Source of the DNA: Nitrospirota bacterium
Lineage (GTDB): Bacteria > Nitrospirota > Nitrospiria > Nitrospirales > Nitrospiraceae
Assembly: GCA_963703955.1 (NCBI GenBank)
Contig: CAVPGK010000017.1
Location: forward strand, 1-64,000
Direction: 5' to 3'
DNA length: 64,000 nucleotides
Part shown: one piece after another, positions 11,181-21,187 of the stretch
How the letters are laid out: every line of letters starts with the position of its first letter
How positions within the stretch are numbered: the stretch's first letter is position 1
Translations under genes and position numbers: made by a program
The notes under the pieces: generated by a model
Databases searched by the model: none
What the model saw: only the letters and a program-made list of their open reading frames with translations
What the model was told of the DNA's origin: nothing

Positions 11181-11876
11181 TTACGAAGCGCGCAGCGTCA
11201 GATCGAAGCGGCAGATGAGGACGTCGGGCTCTGACCCGGGTCCCGGCGGCTCCAGCGTCACGATCACGCGTTCTCGCTCCGCCTCGGGAACCTTGTTCAG
11301 AATGTAATCGGAGGCCTGATGCGGGTCGCCGGCAAAATACATTTGGGAGATCAGCTCGCCCGCGTCTCTGTGCGAAATCTTGAAGTGGATGTGCGGGGGC
11401 CTGATCCAGCCGGGTCCCGCCTCGTATGAGCCCGGCTTGATTGTCTTGAAGAGATAGCGACCGTCCTGATTGGTCGTATACTTGCCCCAATACTGAAAGT
11501 GAGGATCGAGCGGGGCTGGGTTTCCTTCGTCTCGTGGATGGTGATATCGACCGTTCTCCGACGCCTGCCAGATTTCGACCATCGCGCCTTCGAGCGGACG
11601 GCATTGCTCATCGCGCGCCTGGCCCATCACGTAAATGGCCTGTCCCTTCGCGCGGCCTGATCTGCCGCTGACCTGGGTCAAATCGTTGTCCTTGTCCAAC
11701 ATGGCTTCAAGCTGCGGTCGCGGCGGATAGTAGGGGCCTTCTGTCTGGCGGGGGGTGAGGCGGCACAGCTCATTGATGACCCGGCCCCATGCGGTCGAGG
11801 CCAACTCGACCCCGGCGATGCTCAGCAAGGCCAGCAACAGGCGCCGTCTGGAAATCGGATCAGACACGTGAGTCAA
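11181..11876 (-). CDS. Intradiol ring-cleavage dioxygenase (protocatechuate 3,4-dioxygenase-like) with Tat signal
   Basis: TEGPYY, VEIWQA..GRY, TIKPG.Y, RPPHIH; N-terminal SRRRLL plus hydrophobic stretch. Confidence 0.88.
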   Translation of the reverse strand: MTHVSDPISRRRLLLALLSIAGVELASTAWGRVINELCRLTPRQTEGPYYPPRPQLEAMLDKDNDLTQVSGRSGRAKGQAIYVMGQARDEQCRPLEGAMVEIWQASENGRYHHPRDEGNPAPLDPHFQYWGKYTTNQDGRYLFKTIKPGSYEAGPGWIRPPHIHFKISHRDAGELISQMYFAGDPHQASDYILNKVPEAERERVIVTLEPPGPGSEPDVLICRFDLTLRAS

Positions 11877-11885
11877 GTGGATAGC

Positions 11886-12539
11886 CTAGTGGTGGTCTTG
11901 ACCGCGGTGCTTCTGGCGGCCGACTGCATCTTGTTCAAACGCCCCGCGGATCGCGTCCTTCACGCCGCTTTTCAGAGAGTTCCCATGGGCGGGACACAGC
12001 ATCTCCATGTCGAGGTCCAGCAAACGTCGCAGGCTGCCGCGTGTGCGCGCTGGGTCCTCGTGGTAGTTGTCCGGCAGGAAGATCAGACCGGCGCCTCCGG
12101 CATTGATCAGCAGATCGGCGCAGAAGACGACACCCCCATCGCGATCGAGATGGAACGAATAGTAGGCCTCGGTGAGTCCCGGGCAATGAACGGGGATCAA
12201 CCCGCCCGGAAGCCGGTCACCATGACGATATGACCGATCCGGCGTTCCTTCAAGATCCACCACGCCCGCCGGCGCATACACCGGGACTTTCAGCAGCTCG
12301 CGGTACCGCCAGGCGGCTCGTTCATGACAGGACGCGGTCAGGCAGATGGCATCAATGAGGCCGAGCTCTGCCAGGTCCAACCCTTCCATCGGGAGAGGAT
12401 CGATGAGGATGACCCGATTCTTTTCCATCACCGCGTAGCTGTCGCTTTGAGCTTGGATCCGATCATCCTGCATGCTCCAGCGGTACACGCCGGGGAAGAT
12501 CTCGCCCAAGAATTTGGCCGTCCCACTCGGTTCAGGCAT
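11886..12539 (-). CDS. Metallo-beta-lactamase-fold protein with degenerate metal motif
   Basis: ILIDP, LT..CHER, PG.T, ADLL, LCPAHG. Confidence 0.7.
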   Translation of the reverse strand: MPEPSGTAKFLGEIFPGVYRWSMQDDRIQAQSDSYAVMEKNRVILIDPLPMEGLDLAELGLIDAICLTASCHERAAWRYRELLKVPVYAPAGVVDLEGTPDRSYRHGDRLPGGLIPVHCPGLTEAYYSFHLDRDGGVVFCADLLINAGGAGLIFLPDNYHEDPARTRGSLRRLLDLDMEMLCPAHGNSLKSGVKDAIRGAFEQDAVGRQKHRGQDHH

Positions 12540-12564
12540 CGGCTCCTCGATTCAGCGGCATGGT

Positions 12565-14208
12565 TTACGCGTGACCCAGCGCGTGCAGCCGCTCGGTCAG
12601 CTTGAGATTTTCAGAATAGTCCACCGGGCAATCAATCACGACGGGGCGGTCGGATTCCAGCGCTTTGGTCAGGCATGGGCGGAGTTCCGAAAGATCGGAG
12701 ACCCGTAGACCGGTGGCACCGAAACACTCCGCCAACTTCACCAGATCGGGATTGCCGAATTCGACGGAGGCGGGCCGCCCGAATGTGATCATCTGGTTCC
12801 AGCGAATCACACCGTAGCCGTTGTCGCGCCAGACCAATACGACAACCGGCGTCCGACAGCGGACGGCGGTTTCCAACTCCTGCACGTTCATCAAAAAGCC
12901 GCCATCGCCGGTCACGGTGACGACCTGCCGCTCCGGGAACGCGAGCTTTGCCGCGATGGCGCCCGGCAGTCCGATGCCCATGGAGGCAAAGCCGTTGGAA
13001 ATCACGCAGGTGTTGGGGGCATCGCAAGGGAACAACCGGGCCATCCAGAGTTTGTGAGCGCCGACATCGCAAATGACCAGATCCTGAGGGCCCAAGACGG
13101 CTCGTAACTCATGAATAATGTCCTGCGGGCGCAACGGGCCGGTAGCCTTCGCGCGACCTTCCGATGCGAATCCGGCGAGGCTCCGTTCGCGTTGTTCCTT
13201 GGCCCAGCGATCATGGAAAGGAGTGAGACCCTGGCCGATCCGCTCCAGCGATAGCGCGGGATCGCCGAGCATTCCCACGTCTACGATGTAATGGGCGTCC
13301 ACCTCGGCTGGGGCGGCGTCCACATGGACGATGTGTTTGTCGCGATTCGGGTTCCAATGGCACGGTGCATACTCGACGAAGTCATAGCCGATGGCAATGA
13401 CGACATCCGCCTGCTCCATCGAAAGGTTCGAATAGTCCCGCCACCGAAAGCCGATCGTGTGGAGCGACAACGGATCGCGGTCCGGGATGACGCCCTTACC
13501 CATGAACGTATGGACGACCGGAATGTTCAGCGTTCGGGCGAAGCGCCGCACCGCCTCGTGCGCGCCCCGCCGAACGATTCCGTTGCCGGCGAGGATCAAC
13601 GGCCGCTGAGCCCGGGCGATCACCTCAACGGCCCGCTGGACTTGGGCGTGGAGCGGTTCCGGGAGAGGCGGGCTCTGCACCAGCAACGGAGCGATCAGGT
13701 CCGATTCGTCGAGGCGCGCGCCCATGATATTTTCAGGCGCCTCGAGATGCGTGGCGCCGGGTTTCTCTGCCTGCGCGACTTTAAAGGCCTTGCGTACCGC
13801 CTCAGGGATGATGGCCGGGGAGATGAGTTGCGCCTGCCACTTGGTCACGGGCTTGAACATCGCCATGACGTCGATGAATTGGTGGGATTCCTTGTGCATC
13901 CGCTCCAGCGATGCCTGCCCGGTGAGCGCGACGAGCGGTGCATGGTCCATGTTGGCGTCGGCCACTCCCGTGAGCAGATTGGTCGCGCCGGGCCCTAACG
14001 TGGAGTAGCAGACTCCAGCCTTCCCGGTCAGCCGTCCATAGACGTCCGCCATGAACGCGGCGCCTTGTTCATGCCGGGTGGTAATGATCCGGATGCGCGA
14101 CTCCAGGAGGGCATCGGTCAGCTCCAACGTCTCCTCGCCCGGTAAGCCGAAAAGCCATTGCACCTCCTCGTGCTCAAGACAGCGGACGATGAGTTCTGAT
14201 GCCTTCAT
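12565..14208 (-). CDS. ilvB: Acetolactate synthase large subunit (ThDP-dependent)
   Basis: FGLPGEE, RHEQGAAFMAD, TLGPGATN, GDGGFLMN...DNGYG. Confidence 0.9.
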   Translation of the reverse strand: MKASELIVRCLEHEEVQWLFGLPGEETLELTDALLESRIRIITTRHEQGAAFMADVYGRLTGKAGVCYSTLGPGATNLLTGVADANMDHAPLVALTGQASLERMHKESHQFIDVMAMFKPVTKWQAQLISPAIIPEAVRKAFKVAQAEKPGATHLEAPENIMGARLDESDLIAPLLVQSPPLPEPLHAQVQRAVEVIARAQRPLILAGNGIVRRGAHEAVRRFARTLNIPVVHTFMGKGVIPDRDPLSLHTIGFRWRDYSNLSMEQADVVIAIGYDFVEYAPCHWNPNRDKHIVHVDAAPAEVDAHYIVDVGMLGDPALSLERIGQGLTPFHDRWAKEQRERSLAGFASEGRAKATGPLRPQDIIHELRAVLGPQDLVICDVGAHKLWMARLFPCDAPNTCVISNGFASMGIGLPGAIAAKLAFPERQVVTVTGDGGFLMNVQELETAVRCRTPVVVLVWRDNGYGVIRWNQMITFGRPASVEFGNPDLVKLAECFGATGLRVSDLSELRPCLTKALESDRPVVIDCPVDYSENLKLTERLHALGHA

Positions 14209-14375
14209 GATCCCAAGCCTGTGACAGTTACGCGCGCGGTAGCTCTCTACTCACTATCCGATCAAGACATGGCCTGGGTCAAGTAGGCAGTTGAGCGCCC
14301 TCTCCAGCGGCGGATGTTGGGACATTGACGAGAGGGATTCGCAATCCGCTGTATGAACAGGTATAACGTGGGACC

Positions 14376-15833
14376 ATGGAAATGGTCGATCGCGATGAAG
14401 TGGCCGAGCTTGTGCTGGCGCGAATCCGAACGGGCGGGGCGGAGTATGGGGACATTCGCATCCTTGATAGCCAGACACAGGTGGTGCGTGGGGAGGACCG
14501 GCGGATCGCCGCGATCCAGGACAGCCACGACAGCGGGTTCGGCGTGCGGGTGCTGTATCACGGCGCTTGGGGATTTGCGGCCAGCTCGGTGTTGACGGCG
14601 GGCGAGGTCCGGCGTGTGACCGACCTGGCGATTGAGATTGCCAAAGGCTCGCTGAGACTGATGGCAGACCCGGTGCGCCTTTGTGATGAGCCCGTTCATC
14701 AGGACTCAGTAACCACGGCCTACCGTGTGGACCCATTCTCCGTGCCCCTCAATGAAAAAACGCGCCTGCTGCTGGAGACCATGGAGGCGTTGCACCGGCA
14801 AGCCGGTATCGCGCGCAGCAGCGCGAGCCTTTGGGCCCGGCGTGACAAGAAACTCTTCGCCTCAACGGAAGGGTCGAAGATCCAATTCGATCTTCTGGCG
14901 GTCCAAGGCGAATGCGAAGCGACCGCCGTTCACAATGGCCGCTTTGCCTCACGTAGTTTCAACACACCGCATCTCCGAACCGGTTATGAGCTGATTACTG
15001 ACGCGCAGCTGCTTCGCGAGGCGCCGCGCGTCGCGGCGGAAGCCGTTGAGAAGGTGAAATCTCCGCAGGTGGAACGAGGCCACTACGATCTCGTGCTCGA
15101 CCCGGAGCATCTCTCGTTGACGATTCACGAATCGTGCGGGCATCCGAGTGAGCTGGATCGCGCGCTGGGATATGAGGCCAACTATGCCGGGACAAGCTTT
15201 CTCACACCGGACAGGCTGGGCGTATTTCAGTACGGGTCTCAGTGCGTGAGCCTGGTGGCGGATAACACCGAGCCGGGCACGCTCGCGGCGACGGGGTATG
15301 ATGACGACGGAGTCGCTTGCCAGCGATGGGACATCATTCGGGAAGGCCGCTTCGTCGGGTATTGCACAAACCGGGAGGTGGCGCCGAGGATCGGACAGAG
15401 CCGTTCGCGCGGGTCGAACCGCGCCGACAGTTGGGCCTCGGTGCCGATCGTCCGCATCGCCAACATCGGGCTGGAACCGGGACACTCGCACCCGGATGAC
15501 ATGATTGCCGACATCACGCGAGGCATCTATATCGAAGGGCACGGCTCCTTCAGCATCGACCAGCGCCGGTACAATTTTCAGTTCGGCGGCGACGCCTTCT
15601 GGCTGATCGAGAACGGCAGGCGCGCCCACATGCTGCGTGATGTGGTCTATCTCGGGATCACCCCCGACTTCTGGGGCCGGTGCGATGCGGTCGCCGACGC
15701 GTCCCATCGCCGACGCTTCGGCTTCATTACGTGCGGCAAGGGCCAGCCCGGCCAGTCAGGCTGGATGACCCATGCCGCCTCGCACGCGCGATTCCGCAAC
15801 ATCAGCGTGATCCAAGGAAAGGCCGGTCCATGA
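14376..15833 (+). CDS. tldD: TldD family metalloprotease
   Basis: HESCGHPSELDR, YDDDG, C-terminal CGKGQP. Confidence 0.9.
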   Translation: MEMVDRDEVAELVLARIRTGGAEYGDIRILDSQTQVVRGEDRRIAAIQDSHDSGFGVRVLYHGAWGFAASSVLTAGEVRRVTDLAIEIAKGSLRLMADPVRLCDEPVHQDSVTTAYRVDPFSVPLNEKTRLLLETMEALHRQAGIARSSASLWARRDKKLFASTEGSKIQFDLLAVQGECEATAVHNGRFASRSFNTPHLRTGYELITDAQLLREAPRVAAEAVEKVKSPQVERGHYDLVLDPEHLSLTIHESCGHPSELDRALGYEANYAGTSFLTPDRLGVFQYGSQCVSLVADNTEPGTLAATGYDDDGVACQRWDIIREGRFVGYCTNREVAPRIGQSRSRGSNRADSWASVPIVRIANIGLEPGHSHPDDMIADITRGIYIEGHGSFSIDQRRYNFQFGGDAFWLIENGRRAHMLRDVVYLGITPDFWGRCDAVADASHRRRFGFITCGKGQPGQSGWMTHAASHARFRNISVIQGKAGP

Positions 15834-17344
15834 GGGGACAACCCGATGACCCCTCGGTGTCGCGGACCGAGGGAAACGGCCCGATCTCACGAGACCACTT
15901 TCGGCGCGTGGTCGATCGGGTGGTCGAGCTGTCCGATGGTCAGCACACCTTCATCGCGTTGCACGATACGAACGGTGGGACAACCCGGTTTGCCAACAAT
16001 CAAATCGTGCAGAACGTCAACACCCGGCGTATGGGGCTCGCGGTCACGGTGGCCTTCGGTCAACAGCACGGGACGGCTACGGTCACCGACTTTGGCGACG
16101 AGGCGATTCGCGACACCGTGCACCGGGCTACACAGATCGCACAGGTCTCGCCGGCGGATCCCGAATACATGCCGCCACTGCCGCCGCAGGACTATACCGC
16201 GATTTCAACGCAAGACGAGGATACAGCCACGGCTGGACCGAACCATCGCATCGTCCTGGCCGCTGAGGCCGTCGATTTGTGCAAGGTTGGGGACATGACC
16301 GCGGCGGGCATCGTCACTTCGTCGCTCACGGCGGTCGGTGTCGCGGCGAACAGCGGCCTGTTCGCGTACGAATCGCGCACGGAGGCGCGCTTCAGCCTCA
16401 CTGCGATGATAGGCGACTCCAGCGGATGGGCCGCAAACGTCCATCGATCGCTCGATCAGCTTGGGGTAAGGGAGCGCACCCGCGCTGCGATCGATAAGGT
16501 CAAGCGTTCGGCCAGTCCCAAAGAGCTGGCGCCGGGTCATTACACGGTGATTCTTGAACCCGCTGCGGTGGCCGGCTTGATCGGTCCGATGATCTGGATG
16601 CTGGATGCAAAATCGTTTTACAAGCGAACCAGCCCCTTCTCCGGGAAGCTGGGTCGTCTCGTCATCGATCCACGCCTGTCGCTTCAGAATCGGCCCGATC
16701 ACGCCGGCTTGCTCGGCAATGGGTTTAACAGCGAAGGGGTACCGGCCGATGACCGGGTCTGGATCGAGCGTGGTGTCCTCACCCAACTCCGGTACGATCG
16801 CTTCACCGCACAGGAGCACCACGTCTATCCCACGTCGGCCCTCGATGCGCCGTGTCTATTTGGAACGCTGCTCGGCCAAGACCTCGCAGCTAAGGAAGCC
16901 GCAGGCGCTGGAACGCCGCTCGGCCAAGAGAACACGGCTGAAGATGCCGCGGGCACTGGAACGCTGCTCGGCCAAGACCTTGCAGCTAAGGAAGCCGCGG
17001 GCGCAGAAGCCGCAGGCGCGTCGTCTTCTCACCCGTCTCTTGATGATCTCATCAGCGTGACAGAGCGCGCTATCCTGGTCACTAACTTCTGGTACATCCG
17101 GACGGTCAATCCCGTTGATTTGACGCTCACGGGCATGACGCGAGATGGCACGTTCCTGATTGAAGACGGGCAAATTTCAACCGCCCTCGTCGATTTTCGG
17201 TGGCACGAAAGCCCTCTACGTGCGCTCAGTCAAGTGGAGGCGTTCACGGCCCCCGCCGATGCCGTCTCGAACGAGAACTGGAAGATGCAACTGCCGGCCA
17301 TGAAGCTCCGCGACTTCAACTTCTCCAGTGTGACGCGAGTCTAA
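15830..17344 (+). CDS. TldE/PmbA-like partner subunit with internal repeat insertion
   Basis: ATGA overlap with tldD; TTRFANNQI, PGHYTVILEP.AV, TGMTRDGTFLIEDG; lacks HExxH. Confidence 0.85.
   Translation: MRGQPDDPSVSRTEGNGPISRDHFRRVVDRVVELSDGQHTFIALHDTNGGTTRFANNQIVQNVNTRRMGLAVTVAFGQQHGTATVTDFGDEAIRDTVHRATQIAQVSPADPEYMPPLPPQDYTAISTQDEDTATAGPNHRIVLAAEAVDLCKVGDMTAAGIVTSSLTAVGVAANSGLFAYESRTEARFSLTAMIGDSSGWAANVHRSLDQLGVRERTRAAIDKVKRSASPKELAPGHYTVILEPAAVAGLIGPMIWMLDAKSFYKRTSPFSGKLGRLVIDPRLSLQNRPDHAGLLGNGFNSEGVPADDRVWIERGVLTQLRYDRFTAQEHHVYPTSALDAPCLFGTLLGQDLAAKEAAGAGTPLGQENTAEDAAGTGTLLGQDLAAKEAAGAEAAGASSSHPSLDDLISVTERAILVTNFWYIRTVNPVDLTLTGMTRDGTFLIEDGQISTALVDFRWHESPLRALSQVEAFTAPADAVSNENWKMQLPAMKLRDFNFSSVTRV
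16862..17020 (+). repeat. In-frame 48-bp tandem repeat, 3 copies plus partial
   Basis: Units start at 16862, 16910, 16958: GTLLGQDLAAKEAAGA / GTPLGQENTAEDAAGT / GTLLGQDLAAKEAAGA / EAAGA. Confidence 0.95.
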
Positions 17345-17515
17345 GGAAGTGCCGAGAGTGTGCGGATGCCTTGTTTGAAAGCATGTGGGTGAAAAAAGGG
17401 TGCGCCAGAATACAGACAATAGATTTGGTCCACTCGATTGCTTGCATCGTTTCCTGTGAACCTGTTATAGCAGGCTCACATCCTCAAACAGAGGCGATTT
17501 TCAGAGGCAGGTCTC

Positions 17516-18889
17516 GTGAGCAGAGCGAATCGGGTTGAACAATTCTTCCAGCACGATCTCTGGGTCACTGACCTGAATTCCCTTCAGGGGATACGACGGG
17601 TCGGGATTCAGGCCCTTCGGTTGGCCTACGCCGTGGCCTCGGAGTTTCGCCATCGTCTGTTGGATGCCCGCGCCGCCGGGCTGGTCTATACCACACTCCT
17701 GTCGCTGGTTCCCTTCCTGGCCGTGATGTTCTCCGTCCTCAAGGCCTTCGGAGTCCATCAACAGATTGAGCCCGTCCTGGCCCAGGCCTTGGAACCACTC
17801 GGACCAAAAGGCCAGGAAATCACCGCCCAGATCATAGGATTCGTGAACAATTTAGAGGTAGGCGTGCTCGGTGTCGTGGGGGTCGCAGGCCTATTCTATA
17901 CGACGTATGGGCTGATCAACAAAATTGAAGAGGCCCTGAACGCGATTTGGCGTGTCCGACAGGGGCGATCCTTGACGCGTAAATTTACCGACTACCTGAG
18001 TGTCGTGCTCGTGGGACCTCTTCTGATCGTGACCGCGCTGGGGTTATTGAGTTCCGTCCAAAGCCATGCCTTGGTCCAGCGCGTCCTCGAGATCCAGCCA
18101 TTTGGGTATGTCGTGGTCTGGGCCGCCCAGTACCTCCCCTTCGTGCTCCTGTGCGGGGTCTTCACCTTTTTCTACAAGTTCGTTCCCAATACCGAGGTGC
18201 GGTTCGGGTCTGCGCTGATGGGTGGGATAACCGCGGCCGTTCTCTGGGGCCTTGCGGGAGCGACCTTTGCCGCCTTCGTGGCGGGATCGGCAAAATATAG
18301 CGCCATTTACTCCGGTTTTGCGATCCTGATTGTGTTCTTGCTGTGGCTCTATGTCGGATGGTTGATCGTCCTGGTTGGGGCGCAGGTGTCTTTCTTCCAC
18401 CAGAATCCGGCCGCCTATCAAACGCTCATCCTGTGGAAGCAGAGGACGCATGCCTTTCGCGAACGGATGACGTTGATCCTGCTCGCCCAGGTGGCGCGCC
18501 GGTATCTCAAGGGCGAGCGGCCCTATCGACCGCCTGAATTGGCTTCCGATCTCAACGTGCCCTCCTCCATCGTGGAGGAACAAATCGAGGAGTTGGTCGC
18601 GCAGGGATTTCTGTGCCGGATGACCGAGCCCGAGGGTGTCGGCTTGGTGAAACCTCCGGAGTTGATCCCAATCAAGGAAATACTGGACGCGATTCCAGAA
18701 AAGGAGCTGTTGGGAGCGATGTTCACAAGGGAACCCAGAGACGTGGTCAACACTCTTCTCCGTCGTCGCGATCAGGCCGTAGAGCTCGCATTGGCCGGCA
18801 TCACCTTGCGGTCATTGGCGCTCAACGAAGATGTTGTGACAGCCATGTCCGATCCGCCGACTCGCCTCCTCAAGGAACGCGCGACGTAA
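17516..18889 (+). CDS. YihY/BrkB family membrane protein with C-terminal winged-HTH-like domain
   Basis: AAGLVYTTLLSLVP, IEEALNAIW, YSAIYSGFA, WLYVGWLIVLVGA. Confidence 0.88.
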   Translation: MSRANRVEQFFQHDLWVTDLNSLQGIRRVGIQALRLAYAVASEFRHRLLDARAAGLVYTTLLSLVPFLAVMFSVLKAFGVHQQIEPVLAQALEPLGPKGQEITAQIIGFVNNLEVGVLGVVGVAGLFYTTYGLINKIEEALNAIWRVRQGRSLTRKFTDYLSVVLVGPLLIVTALGLLSSVQSHALVQRVLEIQPFGYVVVWAAQYLPFVLLCGVFTFFYKFVPNTEVRFGSALMGGITAAVLWGLAGATFAAFVAGSAKYSAIYSGFAILIVFLLWLYVGWLIVLVGAQVSFFHQNPAAYQTLILWKQRTHAFRERMTLILLAQVARRYLKGERPYRPPELASDLNVPSSIVEEQIEELVAQGFLCRMTEPEGVGLVKPPELIPIKEILDAIPEKELLGAMFTREPRDVVNTLLRRRDQAVELALAGITLRSLALNEDVVTAMSDPPTRLLKERAT

Positions 18890-18997
18890 GATGACTGCTC
18901 ACCCGGCAGGATCTGCCCGTATTTGTTGAGCGAAAAGCCCGGCTGCATCGTGATTCACACACGCCACGAAGGTTGACCCCCAGGTGGCGGAGCTGCA

Positions 18998-20380
18998 TTA
19001 GCCGGCATTGGACTCCTCGTTGCTCTCGGGTGTCCGATCCGGCTTTCGCCAGAGCCAATACAGAGGCAGCCCCGCAAGGACCGTCGCTATACCGAGCGCC
19101 GATTCGATTGGCCGGTGGATCAGGCTGTAGCCGACAATGAGTAGTAGGCACGCGATAAAGACGATGGGTGTGAGGGGGTAGAAAGGCACGCGGAAGGGCC
19201 GCGCAAGGCCAGGATTGCGCCGGCGGAGGACAATGACCGCGCCCACGGTCAGGGCGCTGAAGGCGGCAAGGACCAACCCGCTATAGATCACAAGCTGCTC
19301 GAACGTTCCTGTGAGAATAAGGAGCGATGCCCAGGCGCTCTGCAACAGAATGGCTCGCATGGGTACGCCGGATGTCTGATTGATAGTGGCGAAGTAAGAC
19401 GCAAAGACCCCATCGCGAGCCATGGCCCAGTACACGCGCGGCCCGGCCCACACCATCGCGCTCACACCGGCGGCAATCGAGACGCACAGCATCACAGCGA
19501 CCAAGCGCGCAGCCATAGGGCCCCACAGCGCGGCCGCGGCTTTTTCGGCGACCGGGAGCAGCGGAGGCTGAGCCAGCGCCGTCACCGGCAGGGCGTACAG
19601 GTAGACGAGGTTCAGCAAGAGATAAAGAGACGCCACAAAGACGGTCCCGCCAATCATGATCCGAGGGATGGTTCGGCCGGGGTCGACGATTTCTCCCGCG
19701 ATGTAGCCCGCCACGTTCCATCCCAAATAGGTATAGAAGACGAAGATCAGGGCCACAATGATCGAGCCTAGGGATGTCGCGGCATTCGGTGCCGTCGCGT
19801 TGAAGTGTGTCCAACTGCCGGTCCCAAGCCCGAGGCCGCCGAGGATCAGTACGACGATGGCCGTGACTTTGATTGTCGTGAGCACCCGCTGCAGCCGGCC
19901 GCCGGTGCCGACCCCGGCCGCGTGCACGATGGTGAGGCACCACACGAGAGCGAGCGCCAACCCTTTCGCAACAAGACCGGTATCCTCCGCCAGCGGCATG
20001 ACTCGTAAGAAGTAGGACGCGAAGCTGACCGAAGAGGCGGCGATCGCGGCTCCGAACCCAACCGTGAAGGAGGCCCAGCCGCTGAGAAAGCCGAACAATG
20101 GCCCATAGGATTGACGGAGGTACACATAGTCGCCGCCTGCTTGCGGCAGGGCCGCCCCCAGTTCGCTATAGGACATGGCGCCGGCGAGAGCCAAGAGCGC
20201 GCCGACTACCCAGAGGGACAGAATGAGAGTAGGGTCGCCCAGATCCCGCGCGAGGAAACCGGTGGTCGTGAAGATCCCGCCACCGATAATGTTGCTCACC
20301 AGCAGGCAGGCCGCGGTAAACCAACCGACCTGGCGCGGAGGTCTCCCATCGGCGTGGGCTGGACCATGGGACTCCCTCAT
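18998..20380 (-). CDS. APC family amino acid permease
   Basis: NIIGGGIF, YSELGAALPQAGGDYVYL, GPRVYWAMARDG, RPFRVPFYP; ATGA overlap with upstream gene. Confidence 0.9.
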   Translation of the reverse strand: MRESHGPAHADGRPPRQVGWFTAACLLVSNIIGGGIFTTTGFLARDLGDPTLILSLWVVGALLALAGAMSYSELGAALPQAGGDYVYLRQSYGPLFGFLSGWASFTVGFGAAIAASSVSFASYFLRVMPLAEDTGLVAKGLALALVWCLTIVHAAGVGTGGRLQRVLTTIKVTAIVVLILGGLGLGTGSWTHFNATAPNAATSLGSIIVALIFVFYTYLGWNVAGYIAGEIVDPGRTIPRIMIGGTVFVASLYLLLNLVYLYALPVTALAQPPLLPVAEKAAAALWGPMAARLVAVMLCVSIAAGVSAMVWAGPRVYWAMARDGVFASYFATINQTSGVPMRAILLQSAWASLLILTGTFEQLVIYSGLVLAAFSALTVGAVIVLRRRNPGLARPFRVPFYPLTPIVFIACLLLIVGYSLIHRPIESALGIATVLAGLPLYWLWRKPDRTPESNEESNAG

Positions 20381-21006
20381 GATCGGTTCGGCCGGAAAAC
20401 TTGAAAGTGCTGCTGAGGCAAGAAGTCGAAATCGTTCGCGAGACGATAACCCGCCGCCTCCATCTCGCTGCGGATAGTGTCTTTCGGAGTGGCATGGCCG
20501 AATAGTGACGTGAACCATCCGCCTCCTTCTTTGTAATCAAGAATCGCAATCCGTCCTTCCGGACGTAAGGATTGCGCGAGCGACTTGAAATAGGCCACCC
20601 GGTCCGGCAGATGGTGGTAGGTGTTGCAGGTGAAGATGAGATCCACGTCGTGCGGGGGCAGGCGCGGATCGTTCGGTGTAGCGAGCACCAGCTCGACGTT
20701 GGTCACCCCCCGCTGCTTCGTCTGTTCGTCGATCAAGCGGAGCCCGACCTCCTCCACGTCCACCGCATACACTTTGCCCTGGGGTCCGACGGCCTCGGCC
20801 AATGGAAACGTGAAGTACCCGCCGCCCGCGCCGAGATCCGCAATACGGGCGCCGGGCTCGATCCTGAGGGCTTGAATGACCGCTTTGGGCTGCTGCCACC
20901 CATCCCGAGCGGGATCGTTCATGTCCTTGTAGGCCAGTTCCATGCACCCGCTGAGTGTCAGCAGCGCGGTGAGAAGTCGAATATACGCTGATGTTCCAAG
21001 CCTCAT
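20377..21006 (-). CDS. Class I SAM-dependent methyltransferase with lipoprotein-like signal
   Basis: IADLGAGGGYF, YAVDV, NTYHH, LRPEGRI; N-terminal LLTALLTLSGC lipobox. Confidence 0.85.
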   Translation of the reverse strand: MRLGTSAYIRLLTALLTLSGCMELAYKDMNDPARDGWQQPKAVIQALRIEPGARIADLGAGGGYFTFPLAEAVGPQGKVYAVDVEEVGLRLIDEQTKQRGVTNVELVLATPNDPRLPPHDVDLIFTCNTYHHLPDRVAYFKSLAQSLRPEGRIAILDYKEGGGWFTSLFGHATPKDTIRSEMEAAGYRLANDFDFLPQQHFQVFRPNRS

Positions 21007-21187
21007 GGTTTTGTCCCTTCTTTCCGCTTCCTCTCGGCTCCACTCATCGACTGGGCTCCGCACTCTTATGGCTGATTATAATCGAATGAACCCGGACCTC
21101 CAGGCGGCGCCACATCGAGCACCTTGCTCCACCTGCCTTATCGGGATAGGATGGTTCGCGCACGTTCATTCAACTGGGTCACCAGGC

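Noticed and set aside
16862..17020. Repeat-spacer-repeat pattern resembling a mini CRISPR
   Set aside because: The middle unit is homologous to the flanking units, all are in frame within a CDS, and there are no cas genes.
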